From an uncultured cyanobacterium (GTDB lineage: Bacteria > Cyanobacteriota > Cyanobacteriia > PCC-6307 > Cyanobiaceae): 64,000 bases of DNA. The notes beneath the pieces are model-generated. The model was given only the letters and a program-made list of their open reading frames with translations. It made no database searches and was not told the origin of the DNA. The DNA lies in NCBI GenBank assembly GCA_963697335.1, contig CAVONQ010000010.1, positions 75,596 through 139,595 on the forward strand, read 5' to 3'. The position numbers were made by a program, and so were the translations under genes. Position 1 is the stretch's first letter. Each line of letters starts with the position of its first letter. This document shows, in pieces, positions 54,274-64,000 of this stretch.

Positions 54274-55239
54274 ATGGCCGGCTCCACCCTGCGCATTGCC
54301 TCCCGCCGCAGCCAGCTCGCCATGGTGCAGACCCACTGGGTGCGCGATGAGCTGGCCAGGGCCCATGACGACCTCACGATCACGATCGAGGCCATGGCCA
54401 CCCAGGGGGACAAGATCCTCGATGTGGCCCTGGCCAAGATCGGGGACAAGGGTCTGTTCACCAAGGAACTGGAGGCCCAGATGCTGGTGGACCAGGCCGA
54501 CATCGCCGTCCACAGCCTCAAGGATCTGCCCACCCACCTGCCCGAGGGGTTGATGCTCGGCTGCATCACCGAGCGGGAGGACCCCGCCGATGCTCTGGTG
54601 GTGCACGAGAAGCACAGGGACAAGAGCCTCGCCACCCTCCCGGAAGGGGCTGTGGTGGGCACCAGCTCCCTGCGCCGTCTGGCTCAGCTGCGCCACCACT
54701 ACCCGCACCTCGTCTTCAAGGATGTGCGGGGCAATGTGATCACCCGCCTGGAAAAGCTCGATGCCGGGGGGTTCGACTGTCTGATCCTGGCCGCCGCCGG
54801 CCTGGGCCGGCTGGGGCTGGGCGGCCGCATCCACGAGCTGATCGACCCCTCCATCTCCCTCCATGCCGTGGGCCAGGGCGCCCTCGGGATTGAATGCCGC
54901 CACGGTGACAGGGCTGTGCTTGATCAGATCAAGGTGCTGGAGCACACCCCCACGGCCCGCCGCTGCCTGGCTGAGCGGGCCTTCCTGCGGGAGCTTGAGG
55001 GCGGCTGCCAGGTGCCGATCGGCGTCAACACCAGCTTCTCGGGCCCGGAGTCCAGCGGCAGCCTCAAGCTCACCGGCATGGTGGCCAGCCTCGATGGCCT
55101 GCGCCTGATCCGCGACCAGGCCGAGGGCCCCCAGGACGACCCCGAGGCGATCGGCGTGGCCCTGGCCCACAAGCTCAAGGCCCAGGGTGCCGGTGAAATC
55201 CTGGCAGAGATCTTTGCCGCCGTCCGTCCCGAGGTCTGA
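54274..55239 (+). CDS. hemC: Porphobilinogen deaminase
   Basis: [39 protein letters not shown]. Confidence 0.97.
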   Translation: MAGSTLRIASRRSQLAMVQTHWVRDELARAHDDLTITIEAMATQGDKILDVALAKIGDKGLFTKELEAQMLVDQADIAVHSLKDLPTHLPEGLMLGCITEREDPADALVVHEKHRDKSLATLPEGAVVGTSSLRRLAQLRHHYPHLVFKDVRGNVITRLEKLDAGGFDCLILAAAGLGRLGLGGRIHELIDPSISLHAVGQGALGIECRHGDRAVLDQIKVLEHTPTARRCLAERAFLRELEGGCQVPIGVNTSFSGPESSGSLKLTGMVASLDGLRLIRDQAEGPQDDPEAIGVALAHKLKAQGAGEILAEIFAAVRPEV

Positions 55240-57241
55240 CGCTGCTGAGGGCGCGGCCCCAGCCCAGGCCAGCAGCCTCCCCTTCCAATGGAGCCTGCTG
55301 GCCTGGGCTGCCCTGGTGGGCAGCCTCACCGGAGCGGCTGTGGTGCTCTTCCACGAGCTGCTGGGGCTGATCAACAACGGCCTGTTCGGCTCCCTGGTGG
55401 AGCTACTGCTGAATGTGGCCAGCCCCGCCGGGCCTGAGACCGTCATCGAGCTTCCGGAGCTGGTGACTCCGCCTGACACCCCGCTGGGATCGCTGCTGCA
55501 GATCGGGCTGGGCGGGCTGGGTTTTCTGCCGCCGCCGCCGCCCGTTCCGGAGCCGGCGACGCTGCCAGCGTCTGTGTTGCCGGACTGGATTCAGCTCTGG
55601 CCCGTGGTGCTCGTGCCCACGCTGGGGGGCTTCGGGGTGGGGCTGCTGCGCTGGTTCGGCGGCGATCCCGGACCGGGCCTGCCGAGCCTGATGGCCATGG
55701 CGGATGGGGCGGTGCCCCCAGCTCCCCGGCTGCCTGGCCTGCGCCTGTTGGGCGCCTCCCTGAGCCTGGGCAGCGGCGCCTCCCTGGGGCCAGAAGGGCC
55801 GAGTGTGGAGAGTGGCGGCAACCTGGGGCTCTGGCTCGCCCTGCGCGGTGGCCTGCCCGCCCAGAGCCGCAAGGCCCTGGTGGCGGCGGGGGTGGCGGCC
55901 GGTCTGGCGGCCGGGTTCAAGGCACCGATCGCCGGGGTGTTCTTTGCCTTTGAGGGCAGCTTCAGCGCGATCCAGGGACGCCCCAGCCTGCGGGCCGTGC
56001 TGGTGGCCGCCGTGGCCTCCACCCTGGTCACCCAGCTGGTGCTCGGGGACACGCCGATCCTGCGGCTGCCCGCTTACGAGGTCCGCTCGCCCCTGGAGCT
56101 GCCCCTCTATCTGGGGCTGGGCCTGTTGGCCAGCCTGATGTCCTGGTTGCTGGTGAAATTGCTCGCTCTCGGCCGCAGCGAGCAATTGCAGCAGGGGCTG
56201 CGGCGGTTGCCGCCCGGCCTGCCCACGGCCCTCGGGGGCCTGGCGGTGGGCGTTCTGGCCCTCGGCTTTCCCCAGGTGCTCGGCGTGGGTTACGACACCA
56301 TTGAGGCCCTGCTCGGCAGTGACGGCGGCATTCCGCTGCAGGCGCTGCTGTTGTTGCTCGGTGTGAAGCTGCTGGCCACCACGGTGAGCAACGCCACGGG
56401 GTTTCTCGGGGGCGGCTTCGCCCCAGCCCTGATGCTCGGTGCCGTGCTGGGCAATGCCTACGGCCAGCTGTTGGGGGATGGGGGCCTGGGATTGCCGGTG
56501 GCTGAGCCCCCCGCCTACGCCATGGTGGGCATGGCTGCCGTGCTCGCCGGCAGTGCCCGGGCCCCGCTCACGGCGCTACTGCTTCTGTTTGAGCTCACCC
56601 GCGACATCCGCATCGTGCTGCCGCTGATGGCCGCCGCCGGTCTGAGCGCCCTGTTGATGGAGCGCTGGCAGGGGATCGCCGATCCTGGCCTGCTGGGGCC
56701 GGATCCGGTGGAGGAGCAGCGTCGCCGGGAGCTCACGGGCCTGCCCGTGCTCGAGGCTCTGGAACCGGAGGCCCCCCTGGTGCTACCGGCCCAGACCCCT
56801 GCCGTTGAGGCCCTGGCTGAGCTGGTGGCGGTGCATGGCCACTGTCTGCTGGTGGCGGATGCGGGCTGGGTGTCGGGATTGGTGACCCTGGCGGATCTGC
56901 AGCAGCGGCTCAGGGTGTTGGCGGGCCCACCTGGGACGCCTTCCGGCGGGCCTTTGTTGCGGGAGTGTCTGCAGGGATCTCTGCTCTGGCTGCCGGAGAC
57001 AGCCCACCTGGCCCAGCTGGAGGACCAGCTCACCCCCTCAGGCTGCCGGCAGGTGCCGGTGTTCGCCCTTGCAGAGGCGAACACCGGCGCGTTACCCCAC
57101 GGCCAACCACTTGGGGGCTTGCCCGTGGCGGCCCTGCGGGGGCTCGCCAGTCGGGACGGCATGGCCAGGGCCCTGGCCCGCTCTGGCCTCGACCGTCTCC
57201 TGGCCGAAGGCCCGGCCGCTCAAGGCTCTCAGGTGGACTAG
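55214..57241 (+). CDS. CLC-family anion channel/transporter with CBS-like tail
   Basis: [31 protein letters not shown]; start uncertain (55187-55214), overlaps hemC. Confidence 0.9.
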   Translation: MPPSVPRSDAAEGAAPAQASSLPFQWSLLAWAALVGSLTGAAVVLFHELLGLINNGLFGSLVELLLNVASPAGPETVIELPELVTPPDTPLGSLLQIGLGGLGFLPPPPPVPEPATLPASVLPDWIQLWPVVLVPTLGGFGVGLLRWFGGDPGPGLPSLMAMADGAVPPAPRLPGLRLLGASLSLGSGASLGPEGPSVESGGNLGLWLALRGGLPAQSRKALVAAGVAAGLAAGFKAPIAGVFFAFEGSFSAIQGRPSLRAVLVAAVASTLVTQLVLGDTPILRLPAYEVRSPLELPLYLGLGLLASLMSWLLVKLLALGRSEQLQQGLRRLPPGLPTALGGLAVGVLALGFPQVLGVGYDTIEALLGSDGGIPLQALLLLLGVKLLATTVSNATGFLGGGFAPALMLGAVLGNAYGQLLGDGGLGLPVAEPPAYAMVGMAAVLAGSARAPLTALLLLFELTRDIRIVLPLMAAAGLSALLMERWQGIADPGLLGPDPVEEQRRRELTGLPVLEALEPEAPLVLPAQTPAVEALAELVAVHGHCLLVADAGWVSGLVTLADLQQRLRVLAGPPGTPSGGPLLRECLQGSLLWLPETAHLAQLEDQLTPSGCRQVPVFALAEANTGALPHGQPLGGLPVAALRGLASRDGMARALARSGLDRLLAEGPAAQGSQVD

Positions 57242-57450
57242 CGGCTCACCATGCCGAACTGGCTCACCGACAGGCTGCTGGCCACAGGATCGGCATCGGC
57301 GAGCCGGTCGATGATGCGATGCAGATCGAGGGCGGAGAGCTCGCCATCGCTGGACCATTTCAACGTGGTACTGGGCTCGGCCACGACGAGGCGGGCCTGC
57401 TCATCGACTTGCCGTCCTGTGGGGGGGTGAGGTCGGAAAGCAGACACCAT
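57238..57450 (-). CDS. Small hypothetical protein
   Basis: TTLKWSSDGELSALDLHRIIDRL; stop overlaps the CLC stop. Confidence 0.55.
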   Translation of the reverse strand: MVSAFRPHPPTGRQVDEQARLVVAEPSTTLKWSSDGELSALDLHRIIDRLADADPVASSLSVSQFGMVSR

Positions 57451-57559
57451 TGGACCGGAAATTCAAACGGAAACCTACAGGCGAAAGCCTGGGTTTGCTG
57501 ACCGAACCGTAGGCATCTCCAGGAAGTCTTTCGGATCTGGCGCTGCCTGGCTCGAGGTT

Positions 57560-58216
57560 TCAGCGTTTGACGATCACTGGAGTGCCAACCTCCACTTTTT
57601 CAAACAATTCGCGCACATGGGGCGTGAGCATGCGCACACAGCCGTTGGACACGGCGGCGCGGGAGGTCACGGTCCAGGCCCAGGCCGTGGGGGTGCCATG
57701 GATGCCGTACTGGTTGAGGCCGCTCTGCTTGAAGCCGATCCAGCGGTCACCCAGGGGACCCTGGGGCCCCACGGTGGCGTTGATCTTGCCGCTGCGGGTG
57801 CTCTGGTACTGGGGGTTGACCACCTTGTTCTCCACCGTGAAGGTGCCGACCGGGGTCGGGGTGCTGGGGTCGCCGATGGCCACCGGCCAGCTGCCCACCA
57901 CCGTGCCGTTCTCCTTGAGGCTGATCTGGCGCCGGCCCAGCTCCAGCACGATCTGCCGCTGAATGGCGGCCGCCGGAGGTGCCTCCTCCCCAGCCGCTGG
58001 AGCCGATTCCGTTGGCTGAGCGACATCCACTGGCGCCTCCTCTGGCGCTGCCTCCTCTGCCGCAGCGACCTCGGGGGCCGGTGGGGCTGGAGGCTGGGCC
58101 AGGGCCGTCCTCGGCAGCAGGGCCCCGGCGGCGATCAGGAGCCCCGTGCCCAGGGCGAACCCAGCGCGCAGCGAGGGGAGAGTGGGCAGGTGCCGTGGCG
58201 GGTGCTGCAGGGCCAT
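57560..58216 (-). CDS. L,D-transpeptidase (YkuD domain)
   Basis: Signal peptide, WPVAIG..TPTPVG, YGIHGT, SNGCVRM. Confidence 0.9.
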   Translation of the reverse strand: MALQHPPRHLPTLPSLRAGFALGTGLLIAAGALLPRTALAQPPAPPAPEVAAAEEAAPEEAPVDVAQPTESAPAAGEEAPPAAAIQRQIVLELGRRQISLKENGTVVGSWPVAIGDPSTPTPVGTFTVENKVVNPQYQSTRSGKINATVGPQGPLGDRWIGFKQSGLNQYGIHGTPTAWAWTVTSRAAVSNGCVRMLTPHVRELFEKVEVGTPVIVKR

Positions 58217-58318
58217 GGGTTCAGGCGGGCTGGATCAGAACGGGTGGTGAGGAGGGGGGCCGTCAACCCGGCCGGGCCTGGGGCCGTTTGAGTTGACCGT
58301 TTACGTGAGGCCGCTGGC

Positions 58319-58906
58319 TCAGTTCACCAGCTTGGGATCGATGGTGGTGGTATAGCGGGCCTCGCAGGCCTTGACAATCGCCACGGCCTCGGCCGGCTCG
58401 AAGAAGCCGTTCACCTTGCAGGTGCCGGGTTTCTTGAGGTCTTTGTAGCGCTCCCAGTAATACTGCGTCTCCTTCAGCCAGTGGTCACCCAGCTGGGTGA
58501 AGCTGGTGATGTGGTCCATGCGCTTGTCATCAGCGAGCACGGCAATCACCTTGTCGTCCACTTCGCCGCCGTCATCGAATTTCATCACCCCGATGATGCG
58601 CGCTTCCACCAGGGAGCCCGGCACCAGTGGTTCGGTCACGCCCACGATTTCGATGTCGAGCGGATCGCCGTCCTCGTCCCAGGTGCGGGGAATGCAGCCG
58701 TAGGCAAAGGGGTAGGCCAGGGAGGAATAACCGACGCGATCCAGCTTGAGATGGCCGGTTTCGGTGATCAGTTCGTATTTGTTGATGGTCATGGAGTTCA
58801 ACTCCACAATCGCGTTGAGGCGCAGTTCGGCTTCATCGGCAAAGGCCGGCAGCACGTGCAGCAGGTTGAGCATCGTGCGGCTCGGAGCGTGGTCGATGTT
58901 CGCCAT
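58319..58906 (-). CDS. ppa: Inorganic pyrophosphatase (second family I copy)
   Basis: Own ATG at 58906; NKYE, LDR, YPFAYGCIPRT, DGDPLD, DDK, YKDL. Confidence 0.92.
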   Translation of the reverse strand: MANIDHAPSRTMLNLLHVLPAFADEAELRLNAIVELNSMTINKYELITETGHLKLDRVGYSSLAYPFAYGCIPRTWDEDGDPLDIEIVGVTEPLVPGSLVEARIIGVMKFDDGGEVDDKVIAVLADDKRMDHITSFTQLGDHWLKETQYYWERYKDLKKPGTCKVNGFFEPAEAVAIVKACEARYTTTIDPKLVN

Positions 58907-58974
58907 GAAACAAAGGAGGTCGGCGTGGCGCATCTTACGGAGGGCACCGCGCCGCCCCAGCCCAGCAGCCGGGT

Positions 58975-60514
58975 TCAGGCCGCGAGTCGTGCCAGCTTCT
59001 GCTCCAGGTAGCTCAGGAATGGCCTGGCACTCAGCTGCACTGCCGCTCACCCGCTGCACCAGCTGCTCGCCGTTGACCTGGCGGCCCAGGGGCCACACGT
59101 GCTGCCCCAGCCACTGCCGCAGTTCCCCCTCTTCTCCCCGGGCGACGCGATCCTCAATGGCGCCGGGGCCACCGAGATCGCGCTCCATCGCCTCGGCCAG
59201 CTGGGCGCTGATCAGGTGGCCGAGGGCATAGGAGGGGAAGTAGCCGAACAGCCCTTCGCTCCAGTGCACATCCTGCAGGCAGCCCTCGGCGTCGTTGGCC
59301 GGGGTGAGGCCCAGCAGCTCCTGGTGGCGACGGTTCCAGGCCGATGGCAGCTCCGCCACGGGCATCCCCCCCTCCAGCAGGGCCAGCTCCAGTTCGAAGC
59401 GCAGCACGATGTGGAGGCCGTAGCTGAGCTCGTCGGCCTCCACCCGGATCAACCCCGGCTGCATGGGGTTGAGGGCCCGCCAGAAGCTCCGGCTGCCGCC
59501 CCAGGGATCGCGGCCGAGGGCCGCCGTGAAGCGCGGCTGCCAGCGGGTCGCAAAGGCCTCTCCCCTGGCGATGCGGCATTCCCAGAACAGCGATTGCGAT
59601 TCATGCACCCCCATGGAGGTGGCCTCCCCCAGGGGCCAGGGGAAGTAGTGGTCATCCCCCCGGGGCAGGCCCTGCTCGTAGAGGGAGTGGCCCCACTCAT
59701 GGGCCGTGGCCAGGAAGGCGGAGAGGGGCTGGCCAGGCACCACCCGGGTGGTGATGCGGAAGTCGGCGGGGCCGAGGGTGCAGGAGAAGGGGTGGGGCGA
59801 GCGGGATCGCTGGCAGTGCCTGGGGTCGTAGCCCCAGCTCTGCAGCAGGGCCTCGCAGAGGTTGTCCTGCACCGGCTCAGGGATCTCGATGGCCTCGCTG
59901 GCAGGGCCAGGAGCGCTGCGTGAGGCCTCCAGCAGCCGGGGCAAGTGCTCCCGCAGGGGCAGGAACAGTTCCTGCAGCCTGGCCTGGCGCACGTCCGGCT
60001 CGAAGGGCTGGGCCAGGATTTCCCAGGGGCTGCTGCCGGCCGGTTCGGCCTCGGCCAGCTGGTGGGCCTGATCGCGCCGCAGCCCGATCAGTTCCTCGAG
60101 GGCCGGGGCGAAGAGATTGAAGTCCTGGCCTGTGCGGGCCTCCTGCCAGAGGGCGTAGCCCCGGGATTGGGCCTTTGCCAGGGCGGCCACCAGGGCCGGG
60201 TCGAGGCAGCGCTGGCGCTCGAGGTCCTGCCGCAACAGCTCCAGGTTGCGGCCCAAGGCGGCCTGGCTGGCCTCGGGGGCTGCCGCTGCGGCTTCAGCCT
60301 CGGCAGCCTGCAGCAGGTCGCCGTAGGGCGGCGCCACCTGGCGCCGGTGCAGCTCGGTGGCGAGCAGGGCCAGCTGTTCGCCCCGCCAGGCTGCGCCGGC
60401 CGCAGGCATCACCGTGTTCTGGTCGTAGTAGAGGGCACTGCTGATTGACCCCAGCAAACGGGTCTCGTGCAGGTAGGCCCGCAGCTGGGCCAGGGCCGTG
60501 CCCGTTGCGCTCAT
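58975..60514 (-). CDS. M32 carboxypeptidase (Taq-type); frameshift near 59041
   Basis: HPF, RITTR, HEWGH, HESQS, IRVEADE, GCLQDVHW, GYFPSYALG; the normal C-terminus lies in a shifted frame ending at 58975. Confidence 0.9.
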
Positions 60515-60566
60515 GGGGATGGGGGGAGGGGCAGCTCAGCATGGCGGCTGGTCAGGGTCAGGCGCT

Positions 60567-60974
60567 TCAGGCCGCAGCCCAGTGCAGGGTGATCGGCACG
60601 GCGCCCTTCAGGGTGGCCTTCACCGGACAGCCCTCGGCAGCGCGTCGCAGGGTGGCCTGCTGGGAGGCCTCCAGGCAGGCGGGCAGCACCAACCACACCT
60701 CCAGCGCCGCGATCCGGCGCGGCAGGTCCTGGCTCATGGTCTTCTCCACCCGGGCCGAGGCACCCTCCAGGGGCCAGCCATGGCGCTCGGCCACCAGGCC
60801 CATGATCGTGAGCAGACAGGTGGCCAGGGAGGTGGCGATCAGGTCGGTGGGGGAGAAGGCGCTGCCTTGCCCCTGGTTGTCGGCGGGGGCGTCTGTCGTG
60901 AGGGTGGCGCCGGAGGGGCCATGCACGGCGCTGCAGCGCAGGGAGCCGCCGTAGTGGCAGCTGATGCTGGTCAT
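60567..60974 (-). CDS. OsmC-family protein
   Basis: TDAP.DN.G, FSPTDL..SLATC, CPV. Confidence 0.87.
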   Translation of the reverse strand: MTSISCHYGGSLRCSAVHGPSGATLTTDAPADNQGQGSAFSPTDLIATSLATCLLTIMGLVAERHGWPLEGASARVEKTMSQDLPRRIAALEVWLVLPACLEASQQATLRRAAEGCPVKATLKGAVPITLHWAAA

Positions 60975-61018
60975 GGCTGCTGGCCCGGTAGTTTCACGGC
61001 ACCCACTGTGGCCCTGCG

Positions 61019-61486
61019 ATGCCGTTGCTGCTGGCACCTGATCCGCTCCTGGCGGCGGCGGCGCCGGTGGAGAGCCTGGCGCGAGCCATCCAGCTCTCGG
61101 TGGCGCCGGTGTTCCTGCTGGCCGGCATCAGCGGGCTGCTGGTGGTGCTCACCAACCGGTTGGCGCGGATTATCGACCGCTCCCGTCAACTGCAGGAGCA
61201 GCTGAGCGATGCCACCGTGTCGAGGGCACGGCAGTCGAAGCAGGAGCTGCAGCTGCAGAAGCGGCGCATGGCCCTGGTGCTCAAGGCGATCGAGCTCTGC
61301 ACCGGCACGATCTTGCTGGTGGCGCTGGTGGTGGCGATCGTGTTCGTGAGTGTCGTCACCGCCTTCGACCTGGCCCTGGTGGTGGTGCCCCTGTTCGTGG
61401 CCGCCATGCTCTGCCTGATGGTGGCGGTGCTGCTGTTCATGCGCGAGGTGCAGCTGGCGGCTACCCAGCTGCGGCGCTGGTTCTGA
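61019..61486 (+). CDS. Three-TM protein (DUF2721-like)
   Basis: IQLSVAPVFLLAGI, NRLARIIDR, FMREV. Confidence 0.8.
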   Translation: MPLLLAPDPLLAAAAPVESLARAIQLSVAPVFLLAGISGLLVVLTNRLARIIDRSRQLQEQLSDATVSRARQSKQELQLQKRRMALVLKAIELCTGTILLVALVVAIVFVSVVTAFDLALVVVPLFVAAMLCLMVAVLLFMREVQLAATQLRRWF

Positions 61487-63041
61487 CGCTGCTCAGGGCC
61501 AGCTCCTCCAGCAGCTGGCGCTGGGCCCTGGCGGACACGAAGCGGTGGGCGGCCATGGCTCCGCTCACGGCCACGGGCGGCACGCCGATGCCGGGAAAGG
61601 TGCCGGCGCCGCAGAGCACCAGACCGTCGATCGGCGTGCTGCCGCCGGGGAACGGCCCCTGATCGGCGGGCCAGGCCGGGCCGTAGCTGCCCTGGTGCAC
61701 GTTCAGGAAGTGCTGGTGGGTGAGGGGGGTGCCCTGCAGTTCCAGTTCCAGCTGCCCCTGCCACTGGGGTAGCAGCCGCTCCATCACCTGGTGGAAGAGG
61801 TTGCAGCGCTCGGCCTTGAGGCGGCGGTAGGCCCCACTGCCCCGCTCCAGATCACGCCAGAGCTCCCACGGTTCATTGGCCGGGGTGTAGCCGTGGATCA
61901 CCTGATGCCCCGGGGGGGCCAGGCCCGGATCGAGGCGCGACGGCATCGACAGCACCGCCATGTTGCGGTCCGCGTTGATGCCCCTCTCCCAGTCGCCTAC
62001 CCAGACGTGATGGATCGGCAGGGCTTCGATCGCTGCCGAACTGCGCAGGGCGGCATGCCAGTGCAGAAAGCTGCCGCAGGCTGGGGTGGCCGCCTGCCTG
62101 CGGCGCCAGCGGGCCGTGCTGCGGTCCTGGGGCAGCAGCGCCAGCAGGTCCCATGGGCTCAGGTTGGCGATCACGCCGCGGCGGGCGCAGAGGCGGCTGC
62201 CGTTCTGGAGCTCCACGCCCACGGCGCGGTTGCCCTCCACCAGCACCTGGCTCACCGGGCAGTGGCAGCGGAGCTGGCCGCCGTGCTTCCTCAAGCCCCG
62301 CAGCAGCGCCTCCACCACCGCGGGGCTGCCGCCGATGGGGTAGTCGAGGCAGGCCTCGGGCTCGAACCACTCTCCGAACAGGGTGGCCATGGCCGCGGCG
62401 CTGGTGTGCTGCATCGGCAACCCGGAGATCAGGAAGCAGAGCAGATCCACCCAGTGCAGCAGGAAGGGATCGCGCAGGTGACGCCGCGCCAGGGGCCCGA
62501 AGGCCCCGCCCAGGGCCGCCAGCCGGCCCACCTGGCCGAGCAGCCCCAGGCCGCCACTGGCCCCGAGGGTGCTGGCCAGCCCCAGCCCGGGCCGCAGGGC
62601 CAGCAAGGGCAGCTGGCGGGCCGCCTGGCAGAAGGGCTGCAGCCAGGCCATGAAGGCGCTCCACTCGGCGGCCGCCGGGGCCCCGCGCAGTTCTCTCACC
62701 ATGGCCACAAAGGGGTCGAGTCCAACCCCCACTTCCAGGTTCCCCTCCGGCAGCAGCAGGCCCCAGGTGTGATACGTGGCCACGGGCACGCTTTCCCCCA
62801 CGGCTCGTAGCACCTGGGCCAGGGGATTGGCACTGGGCCAGCGGCCCAGACCCGACCATAAGGACGGCCCTGACTCGAACTGGAACCCACCCCGGCTGAA
62901 GCCGTGGGCGGCGCCGCCGGGGCGGTCGTGGGCTTCGAGCACCATCACCTCGAGGCCATGGCGGGCGGCGATGGCGGCGGCACAGAGGCCCCCCAGCCCA
63001 CTGCCCACCACGATCAGATCCGGCTGGCCCTCAGGCGTCAT
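61461..63041 (-). CDS. FAD-dependent oxidoreductase of the phytoene desaturase/carotenoid isomerase family
   Basis: GSGLGG, FESGPS, YPIGGS, GTPLTH, FPGIGVPPVAVSG; ATG 63041. Confidence 0.85.
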   Translation of the reverse strand: MTPEGQPDLIVVGSGLGGLCAAAIAARHGLEVMVLEAHDRPGGAAHGFSRGGFQFESGPSLWSGLGRWPSANPLAQVLRAVGESVPVATYHTWGLLLPEGNLEVGVGLDPFVAMVRELRGAPAAAEWSAFMAWLQPFCQAARQLPLLALRPGLGLASTLGASGGLGLLGQVGRLAALGGAFGPLARRHLRDPFLLHWVDLLCFLISGLPMQHTSAAAMATLFGEWFEPEACLDYPIGGSPAVVEALLRGLRKHGGQLRCHCPVSQVLVEGNRAVGVELQNGSRLCARRGVIANLSPWDLLALLPQDRSTARWRRRQAATPACGSFLHWHAALRSSAAIEALPIHHVWVGDWERGINADRNMAVLSMPSRLDPGLAPPGHQVIHGYTPANEPWELWRDLERGSGAYRRLKAERCNLFHQVMERLLPQWQGQLELELQGTPLTHQHFLNVHQGSYGPAWPADQGPFPGGSTPIDGLVLCGAGTFPGIGVPPVAVSGAMAAHRFVSARAQRQLLEELALSSVRTSAAAG

Positions 63042-63475
63042 CGCTGGCCCGCCGGCTCCGCAACGCTCGAGAGCGAGCAGCGGTTCCGGCAGAGCTCCTC
63101 CAGCCCAGGACGGCCGGTGATCCGCAGCCGCCACTGGGCCCAGAGCCGGTAGAGGCTCTCCACCAGGGGCTGCACCAGGGGCCAACGGGTGGGGGCATAG
63201 ATCCAACCGAGGCCCACCAAGCTGTAGGCGCGGCGGAATACCTCCACGCCGCTGAGCAGCTCGCCATCGCCACTGAGGCCGTGGATGGTGCCCATGGCGT
63301 CGCGGTAGGTGATGCCCCCGTGGGCGCTGGGGTCGTAGCTGGCCGAGTCGATGTCGATGAAGGCGAGCACGGGCTGATCCCCGTGGCGTTGCTGGTCGCG
63401 GGTGCGCAGCAGCCGCACCTCGCGCAGGCAGAGCGGGCAGCCGCCGTCGTAGAGGATGCGCAACGGGCTGGTCAT
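63038..63475 (-). CDS. DCC-family thiol-disulfide oxidoreductase (DUF393)
   Basis: LYDGGCPLC, GVEVFRRAY. Confidence 0.87.
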   Translation of the reverse strand: MTSPLRILYDGGCPLCLREVRLLRTRDQQRHGDQPVLAFIDIDSASYDPSAHGGITYRDAMGTIHGLSGDGELLSGVEVFRRAYSLVGLGWIYAPTRWPLVQPLVESLYRLWAQWRLRITGRPGLEELCRNRCSLSSVAEPAGQR

Positions 63476-63563
63476 GGGTGGTTTGAGGCTGCCCCGCTAG
63501 CGGCGATGGGCCCAGGGCTTGTGGCAGTGGCGCAATGCTAGGGAGATTGCGCTGCAGGTCCCG

Positions 63564-64000
63564 ATGCTGAGCCAGTCGTTGCAGGTGCTCGAGGTGGACA
63601 CCGCCGGGGCCGGCTTCACCGACCTCACCGGCGCCCTCAACCGCGAGATCGCCGCCAGCGGCCTGCAGCTGGGCACGGCCACCCTGGTGTGCCAGCACAC
63701 CAGCGCCTCGCTCACGATCAATGAGAATGCCGATCCGCGGGTGCTTCACGATCTCAAGGCGGCCTTCGCGGCCCTGGCGCCGGAGGCGGGCGTGCCGCCT
63801 CTGCCGGGTCAGGGCAGCTGGCAGCCCTATCGCCACAACGACGAGGGGCCCGACGACATGCCCTCCCACATCCGCACGGCCCTCACCGCCACGAGCCTCT
63901 GCCTCTCGTTTCAGCAGGGACGCCTGCTGCTGGGCACCTGGCAGGCCGTGTACCTCTGGGAGCACCGCCGGGCCCGGCAGCGGCGGCGGCTGAGCCTGCA
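63564..64000 (+). CDS. YjbQ/UPF0047 family protein (runs off the window)
   Basis: Hand translation: HTSASLTINENADPRV, EGPDDMPSHI, LGTWQAVYLWEHR. Confidence 0.88.
   Translation, partial: MLSQSLQVLEVDTAGAGFTDLTGALNREIAASGLQLGTATLVCQHTSASLTINENADPRVLHDLKAAFAALAPEAGVPPLPGQGSWQPYRHNDEGPDDMPSHIRTALTATSLCLSFQQGRLLLGTWQAVYLWEHRRARQRRRLSL

Noticed and set aside
58255..58305. IS200/IS605-type or HEARO-like RNA suggested by GTCAAC...GTTGAC
   Set aside because: Too short, and no tnpA, tnpB or iscB gene nearby.
58319..60514. Novel carboxypeptidase-pyrophosphatase bifunctional enzyme
   Set aside because: Better explained by a one-base frameshift: the normal peptidase end and a separate ppa start are both visible.
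61461..63965. 834-aa ORF as a single protein
   Set aside because: The upstream part overlaps the DUF393 gene in another frame and YjbQ on the opposite strand. The oxidoreductase starts at ATG 63041.

Overview
High-GC (~70%) cyanobacterial chromosomal DNA. Gene content and order point to a Cyanobium/Synechococcus-type picocyanobacterium: ado-aar-accA, psb27, ferrochelatase with a CAB tail, a Tab2-like gene, cyanobacterial AbrB and EF-hand transaldolase. The window is almost entirely densely packed core genome (~66 CDS), including folE, the alkane cluster, ppsA, ilvB, hemH, cobO, pyrH, frr, tal, ftsI, lepB, proS, purA, cobK, ssb, argB, priA, sigA, hemC and two ppa genes. I saw no rRNA, tRNA, CRISPR array, transposase or prophage, and no obvious new multi-gene system. 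The best leads are at residue level: (1) a divergent cryptochrome/photolyase with Asp at the flavin-N5 position, altered lesion-binding residues and a C-terminal QLELF clamp-like motif; (2) a CLC protein with a proline (nitrate-type) selectivity motif; (3) a solitary XisA-like tyrosine recombinase. Two single-base frameshifts are also visible: one removes the stops of two convergent genes at once, and one fuses an M32 carboxypeptidase to a pyrophosphatase. Several small ORFs and structured intergenic segments are also reported. All family calls come from motif recognition by eye; no searches were run.
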